DNA of 59,587 bases, the filler included, from Perkinsus olseni (taxonomy: Eukaryota), in NCBI GenBank assembly GCA_013115125.1. It is 4 parts of 4 records of this genome, joined end to end, with 100 filler letters (N's around TTAATTAATTAA, not from the genome) between each part and the next. Parts side by side here need not be neighbours in the genome. Positions count along the whole stretch, not along the records: positions 44,782 to 59,587 come from JABANN010000723.1; 3 more parts are not named here. One strand, written 5' to 3'. Shown here piece after piece: positions 53,032 to 59,587 of the stretch. The position numbers and the translations under genes are program-made. The notes beneath the pieces were generated by a model that worked only from the letters and a program-made list of their open reading frames with translations, had not been told where the DNA came from and searched no databases. The stretch's first letter is position 1. Each line of letters begins with the position of its first letter.

Positions 53032-54353
53032 GTGACCAAAGGGGCGCTAAGGAAACAAGGATGAGGAGCGTTAGTACGATCTGTGAAAGACACCGATTGA
53101 GAAAACCTATTCCGATGTTCAAAACTCATACCAAAAAAAGCCGACTTCGCATCCAGAGAGGTGGGTCCAGAATAATGATTCGGGAAAGTGTTCTGCAAAT
53201 CGATTGTGATCATGTCCCGTGGATGTCAGGGGGCATTTCAACCTCCCGTTCGATAACATAATCCTGAAACTCAGAATCGATTCTGGAAATGATTTGTGCA
53301 CGTGAGATGTGGTTCTAGAATCGATTTTGAGTTGCAGAATTAGATGATTGAGCGACCCCAAAAGCTGGCAAGAAAGCGTGAAAGTTGTGATGAGCAGTTT
53401 GAAGACAATCGATATATGCACAGCGAGAATTGAACCAACGACCTCGTGAATGCTAACTTTGCGCTCTTTCGCCTGACTACTCATCTACAGGGCTTGTGAT
53501 GAAATCTACTGAGGTGCAGTCATATGTGTACAAGCACCACTTGAGCGCGAAATGGCCCCGTCTCCTCACTTCGAAAACATTTGAGAATCGATCATGGAAG
53601 CAAGTTCCGAGACACTCAAAAAATAAATCTTCCGAACCCGACTCGGCAATCGATTCCCGGAATACGTTATCAGAATGTTTTCTTGCTGATTCCTCTTAAC
53701 AACCCGCAAAGATCGGCATTGTCTCTTGCTGATTTGATTGTGCTAGCTCACCACCTTGCCGTTCTAACTATTCCAAGCGGGCTCTTATCAATACTTGGTT
53801 ACTTTAATACTTTCATGCTACGCGGCCATAATCGTGCGTGAAATACTCACATTTGTCAAGTTTGTCACGATTCTGATTCTATTTCTTCCCGTCTTTGGCA
53901 GACGTCTCAATCAACTCCACAAATTCCTCACCCATTCCGGTATGTTCACATTCTCTTCCTTCATCGCTCACACGAACTCTACTCATTCACTACATCGCGC
54001 GTGAAAAATTCACACTTTCCTGCACTTACGCCTAACTGCACAACATTTCTGCTGAGAGCGCCGCCGCCATTAGAGCGAAGCGACGGGCTACGCTCGTAGC
54101 TTTTAAATGAGATGGTGGTGTAGGCTCCCTCCTCGCTGCCGGGCCCCAGCAGCCGGGGCGACGCGTGATGGGCGATGACGGATAAGCATAGGCGATACGC
54201 ATGAGGGCCCGTGGAACACTATCAGGGCTTCTACTGTCTCTATCTCTATAATGCGTAGCATTGATGAGTGGATCACTCCTTGAGAATGGCGAGGTCTTGA
54301 GATAGATTGTTCGTTCAGCAAAATTATGTAAGCCCATTTGCCCTTTCCACCTC

Positions 54354-55418
54354 ATGCTCATCACCAAACTTCTACCCTCCCTTGTCATCGGTGGTGCCCT
54401 GAGCTCCCCCTCGAAGTTTTATTGTCATTTTTACGAGTATCTCCAGGCAGTGTGTCTTCAAACCAAAACTAGGAAAGGCCTTCTCGCTATATCCCTCCAT
54501 GAAGTTCATGCCAGAAGTAACCGGCCCCACGAGCCATTCTATGAAAGTGCGACCTGGCGCATATCGGCAGAACATAGGATCGGTAAAGGAGTGTGGTCTC
54601 TGCCCACTGATGTATCTTTACCTTGGCGAATTGAACGAAGCAACGTGAGTTACTCGAAGGTTGATGGCACTGATGGTGAAGCAGGATACTACGACGTCAA
54701 CTTCACGATGAATTCTGCACCGCGACGATTTACCAAACTGACTCCTGTTTGGGCGAATGAGCTCTCACGGGATGGCCAAGGACAACAACAGAGATTCGTT
54801 TTTACTGCTGATCATCCGTTTGCCGTAGAATGTATAGTCACTTTCACGGGACGGAAATCCTACTTATTCCCGACGCTTGGAAAGCATATGGCGGCGGTCG
54901 TTGGATCCTCTGATGGAGAGTTGCATTTCATAGATACCAGTGGTCCCTATGTCGAGAGGAGGACGTTAGAGGCCCGTAATCGCGGTTATTTCTATATAGC
55001 CAAAGCCTTCGTCTTCGTGTTGCCGACACGAGTGCGGCAATACGCTACCATGTTTCGCTACAGAGGTGAAACTCATATGCTTTTCCGGAAAGGCGAAGTG
55101 GAGCTCCGAGGCCATCATATGCTGCCCCCACATAGATCACAATTAGGGTGAGTTGAGTAATGACTGTTATTCACTGGATATGATATTTTTCAAGTTACCC
55201 TGGATTATTGCCAAGTGCCGCTACTTTCCGTCCCCTTGCAGAGTAAAATCTACCGACATTCTGCCGATTGTCCCCGCCCTCGACCAGTATTTCATCTCAG
55301 GTCCTTACCGAGTTATGAACAATCGGTCAGGGAAGGACCTCAAGAGGCTCCACCCAGCTATGAAGCAGCCATAGGGAGCAGGCCTGAAGAATCTCCTCCT
55401 CCTTATACTGAGAGCTAG
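54354..55418 (+). CDS. Putative secreted protein with three C-terminal PY motifs, two exons (54354-55147, 55301-55418)
   Basis: Hydrophobic N-terminus MLITKLLPSLVIGGALS. A phase-consistent intron (GTGAGT...TCTCAG) joins to GSLPSYEQSVREGPQEAPPSYEAAIGSRPEESPPPYTES*. Confidence 0.65.
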
Positions 55419-56926
55419 TTGAGGCATCGGGACGCCAACAGAAGAGGTGAGCCGACTCCACACTGCCTTGTCAGAGACTAGGTCGGCTCGGTGAATTGAG
55501 ACACTCGTCACCGTCAATCTTAGTGTTGTTCCGGTGATTGAGAAAGCTCGCCGGAGCTCACATATGGACACGAGATTCCAGTTCCGTTCTGCTCGATTCT
55601 CGGAGGAGGAAGTTTGTCGAAAATCATACGGTCAACAGTCATTCGTACGAGCGGTCGGTTCATCAGATGCTCAGAACGGTACGAATCTTGCCTGCTCTTG
55701 ACAATGAACGCTCGAGACTTCAAGCATGCCAGGTCGAATTATGTGCGCACCTTCACCCCCTTTTCATTAGTCAACTTGTAAAAAAGCATTCATGTGGAGA
55801 TTTGTCGAAGTATTCACTCACATTGGTGTTCCCATGTAAACGTTAAGAAGATACCTTTATTGTTTTGTTTCACGCAGTATTGACTTCGTTGCCATGACTG
55901 AGAACTGTGGTCTTTCCATCACGCGTGAATTATCTTGGGCAGAGACAGGAACGGCTATCGGGAATTCATCACCGGCCCATCGTCGTATAAAAACCACATG
56001 AAGTATCAGTAAGAGCCCCTAGGTAATTCGGTGATGTAGCTCAGTTCACCGGAAAGTTGCTAAAACCCACGGCTTGCCCGAGATCATTTGTCATTCTCCT
56101 CTTGCCAAGAGGCTCTTCGCTATCGCCACTGTTACTTCACCAGCTTCTTCTTCAACTTTACTGGATATCGTTGTCGGCCTCCCTAGTAGGGGGAACTAAT
56201 CTCGGACCAGGATCGCCGGTTCTTCGTCGCCTCCTATCAGTGAGGAAGGCCATCTACACTGGTCACCTCAATCAACAATGCCATTCAGCATGCCATCGAG
56301 AGCCAAATCCCTGTAAAACACAGTAGTGCCTCGCAACCGTCACGAACGGAACTTTCGGCGTTTCTCGCGTACGGCATGGACCAGCATGACTCAGGAAGGC
56401 ATGAGACGCTTCCTTGCCCAGAAACCGTCCGGTGGAGCCTGGCGAGAGCAAACACTGCTCCAAAGGCAGCTTGTGGCCCACAGGCTGTGCGGACTCGAGA
56501 TCAATGGCATCGATTCAATGCTGGCGCTACCTTAAGGTGCCGACTCGTCGTCGTTCCCGCGGCTGGGTCTTGCCGGTGACCAATGGCCACTCGAGAGTCG
56601 AGCCAATATCAAACACAGGCTCGACCTCTGGCCGGCACCAGTGCCCTCAACTTCAACACAGTGCGAGAAAATGAGCGAAACACCTATTTTGACCGGGGCC
56701 TTGGTTAGGTTGGAAAGGCCCTCATATCAATCGCAAATATATACGTAAGTAAGTAGTACGTCATAGTACAGGAAGACACTGGGCGCGATTATGACCCGTA
56801 AGCCGGGATCACTTGAAGAGTACACTCGAACGGGCGAATCGGTTTGCTTATGAAACCGAAATTCGGTTACCGAATCACTAAGGCGAAGATAAACGCGGTC
56901 CTTCAACACGGCGAACTCAAAGAGCC

Positions 56927-57595
56927 TCATGATGGTGGAACCGGCAAAGTGAAGTTGGGCACTTGATCAGAATCGAAATCGAAGCGACGCTCGAAATTGT
57001 TACCCTGCGCATCTATCCACAGGGTGCCTACACAAATGGTTATACCGGAGGCTGAGAAGTCCTCGACCGACCATGCAAGCAAGAGGGCGGGTAGAATATA
57101 GACACCCTCGCTCATGGCCTTCACCTCGGTGCCACCGATTTGTAGTAGACCATCGGGGTGCTGGAACCTCGTTAAGCAAGTCCGGACCGGGCGAATCGGT
57201 TGCAACTCGCCTTCTTCGATAGTCAAGTCCATCCAAAGCCTGTTCCGTATTCGCAAGTCTATGGTACCTCGTGCACAGTATTGCCAGGTTTTGGCGAATG
57301 TGACCATACCGCACCAAACGTGTTGTTCCATGGTGATACTCTCAATGGAAATCTTCAGCACCGAGGGGAGGCGACACTCGATGGTCAGGAAATTCCAAAT
57401 GTACCACAAGGAAAGGGCCAGCGTTATTCCAAGGAGGAGAGCCCATGTGACCAGATGATGCATGGGATACCTCTTCGTTGTAGCTTTGAGACCACGTGAT
57501 AATCTGCGAACCCGTGAGGGCTCGGCTGGCGCCGGTCTCGACCATCGAAGAAATCCAGAGGGAGTATCCGAAGGATTGTACTCCCGAACAGACAT
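56927..57595 (-). CDS. Hypothetical single-pass membrane protein (222 aa, intronless)
   Basis: ATG-initiated ORF with a basic N-region, a TM segment LVTWALLLGITLALSLWYIWNFL and a beta-rich-looking remainder (IDLRIRNRLWMDLTIEEGEL, weakly LEA_2-like). Confidence 0.45.
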   Translation of the reverse strand: MSVREYNPSDTPSGFLRWSRPAPAEPSRVRRLSRGLKATTKRYPMHHLVTWALLLGITLALSLWYIWNFLTIECRLPSVLKISIESITMEQHVWCGMVTFAKTWQYCARGTIDLRIRNRLWMDLTIEEGELQPIRPVRTCLTRFQHPDGLLQIGGTEVKAMSEGVYILPALLLAWSVEDFSASGITICVGTLWIDAQGNNFERRFDFDSDQVPNFTLPVPPS

Positions 57596-58198
57596 CTTTG
57601 GGCTGGACTTTCATCGATAGAGAGGAGCTAGCGCGCCATAGGTACCGCGTCACCTGTTGTTTGGGCAAAGAGATACTCCTCGCCAAAATCGCTGAGATGA
57701 TAGATAGTTTATGTCAGCAGAGGCGACCCTGTTGCACTCGCCTGGAAGTGACTCGTAACCGTTTGTGGCCCCAGTCGAGAGATGCGAGAGGCGGCAGGTC
57801 TGATGGGAGGGAGACAGACGGGACAACATCACTTTTATGTCACCCGGGCCGAGGGTTGTCCCGTCGGTGGCGTCACCAGAATGACGTGCAACAGTAAATT
57901 CATTTTCTCACGGACTTTGGCCAATTCTCATGGATCAATCTCGCTCGCCCAAAATTCCTGCGCGCGTTGTGTTACGACACTAATCACGGAATTTTCTACC
58001 TTGCCAAATGCGTTTATCCGAGGACTACTTCGGTATCCTGGGAATAGCTCTGGAGCTCACCCGAAACTCCTTGCCTCTTACACATCGCAGCCTTCGGGTG
58101 TGAGGATGAGTCGGGTTTCTGGTTCTCGGGGGTTACGGTCAGTACTCCACTAGGTCTTGGTCAACTTTTTCAACGCTTACCAACCTTACATCCCAGCT

Positions 58199-58911
58199 CT
58201 GGAGCCCGTTCAAGTGCAAAACACTTCCGAGTTCCGAGTCTGAGTACTTCCCTCCGAGTCAGTACTCCTAGTGAACGAGTTCCGAGTAATCGTCTGTTCA
58301 AGTCCGGCCGCTCAGTTTGGTCGCATTTCTGAGCTGTTTTGCAAAGTACGAATCCCGAGTTAATTTTTCTCGTGTTCAAGTCATTGCTGTGAGGAATGTC
58401 TCCGACTCGGAAAAGTAGCCTTACTCGGTGAACTAATTCCTGCGACGAAACGCGCTGCGGGACAGAAACACAACGCAACTTCTTTACTTCGTTCTCGTCA
58501 ATACAATACGAGTTTGCACTATGAGGCCCTCGAGTGAGGAATAGGCTATTCCGAGTAGCTACATTACTGGTAGTAATCATTCCATAGCATAGTATGATCC
58601 AAGGGAACGGAAGCGTTGCGTTCGCAGGAAGTTCGGGTTTCGAAAGGACTCGGAAACACTAGCCCTCTCCAGTGGAGAGGGCACCCGGAATCGGATTCAC
58701 CTTTAGCGAGCCGAGTGGGCGGCACTTGAACTAAGAACTCGGTTCGAGCTATCCGAGAGCTCGGATTTCCAGGCCGCAGAGAATTCCTTAGCTCTCGGGA
58801 AGTGAACTCGGGAAAAGTTTGCACTTGAACGGACAACTTTTCTCTGAGCTCGGAAGGGTGCTCTTTCCGAGAACTAAGACTCGGAAATTGGAGCACTTGA
58901 ACGGGCTCCTG
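58199..58911. mobile_element. Second MITE-like TIR element
   Basis: Perfect 17-bp TIR GGAGCCCGTTCAAGTGC (58201-58217, inverted at 58893-58909). TTCCGAG motifs dominate the left half and CTCGGAA the right half. No clear TSD. Confidence 0.7.
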
Positions 58912-59587
58912 GTGACTTCCTCATATCTTTGCTCGAGTCTATTCCTCCGTGATTATTCCTCTGCCTCCGTGACTATTCTCTATTACCCCTCCGTGACTTT
59001 TGCATATTGGGCGAGCGAGATTCTGTCCGTGACTATTCACCGACTTCCGTGATTATTCCCTTCCACCCTGACGTGCAAGCCGCCTGAGGCCAATCAGGCC
59101 ACCATTGGAGCTCTCGTTACTGGAGCTCTCGACGCACTACCAGGTTCTAGTTTTCCGGGGGTAGCCTTGCTCCAAGGACGATGTTCTCCTGAAGAATCTT
59201 CGACGCTACGCAAGGTCTGTTCCTATGATAGGGAATGATTTTCCATGAAAGAAACTTATATTATATAACTTCCTACGAAATAAAGGTCAAGTTTCGTCGC
59301 GGAATGCATACTCCATTTCGGAAAGATGAAGTTGAACTCACAGTACATCACATGCTAGCCCAGCATGGTTCGCAGCTAGGGAAATGGATGTTAATGACTG
59401 GGTAATGATCATTCATCTTCCATACTCTGGGCTATTGCCGCGTACCGCTCCTTTCCGCCCAAATTGGGCGGCTTAATTGCAGAGCGAAGAGGTCTAGACT
59501 TGAGAACTCGGAAGTCAGATTGAAACGTTCCTTAATAACGAGCAATACATGAATTAGTCATCACGTCTTCCTGCTCTAAGGCTTCGA

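Overview
Eukaryotic, intron-rich protist DNA. The short GT-AG introns and gene set suggest an alveolate such as Perkinsus; this is an inference and was not checked. The window is not one locus. It is four contigs (1-14857, 14958-29774, 29875-44681, 44782-59587; 14857/14817/14807/14806 bp, i.e. descending length) joined by artificial 100-bp N44-TTAATTAATTAA-N44 linkers. Contig 1 holds a decayed retroelement RNase H, acireductone dioxygenase, a SMAP-type ArfGAP, CWC22 and a degenerate tRNA-Thr in a 174-bp repeat unit. Contig 2 is very compact: RLK/Pelle-like kinase with two FHA domains, UNC-50, RlmE/MRM2, tRNA-Arg, VPS9 GEF, RPN3, BCP1, RBMX2. Contig 3 holds a Helitron-like end, a palindrome-rich TIR element, a RanBP2 zinc-finger protein, an intronless JmjC protein, RPL13, an FMO and a truncated AMPK beta. 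Contig 4 holds the PKA catalytic subunit, a Mix17/CHCHD2-like protein lacking its CHCH domain, a putative secreted protein with three PY motifs and a second MITE. Most ORF-track entries are exon fragments or antisense shadows. Gene models were spliced by eye, so boundaries are approximate where stated.
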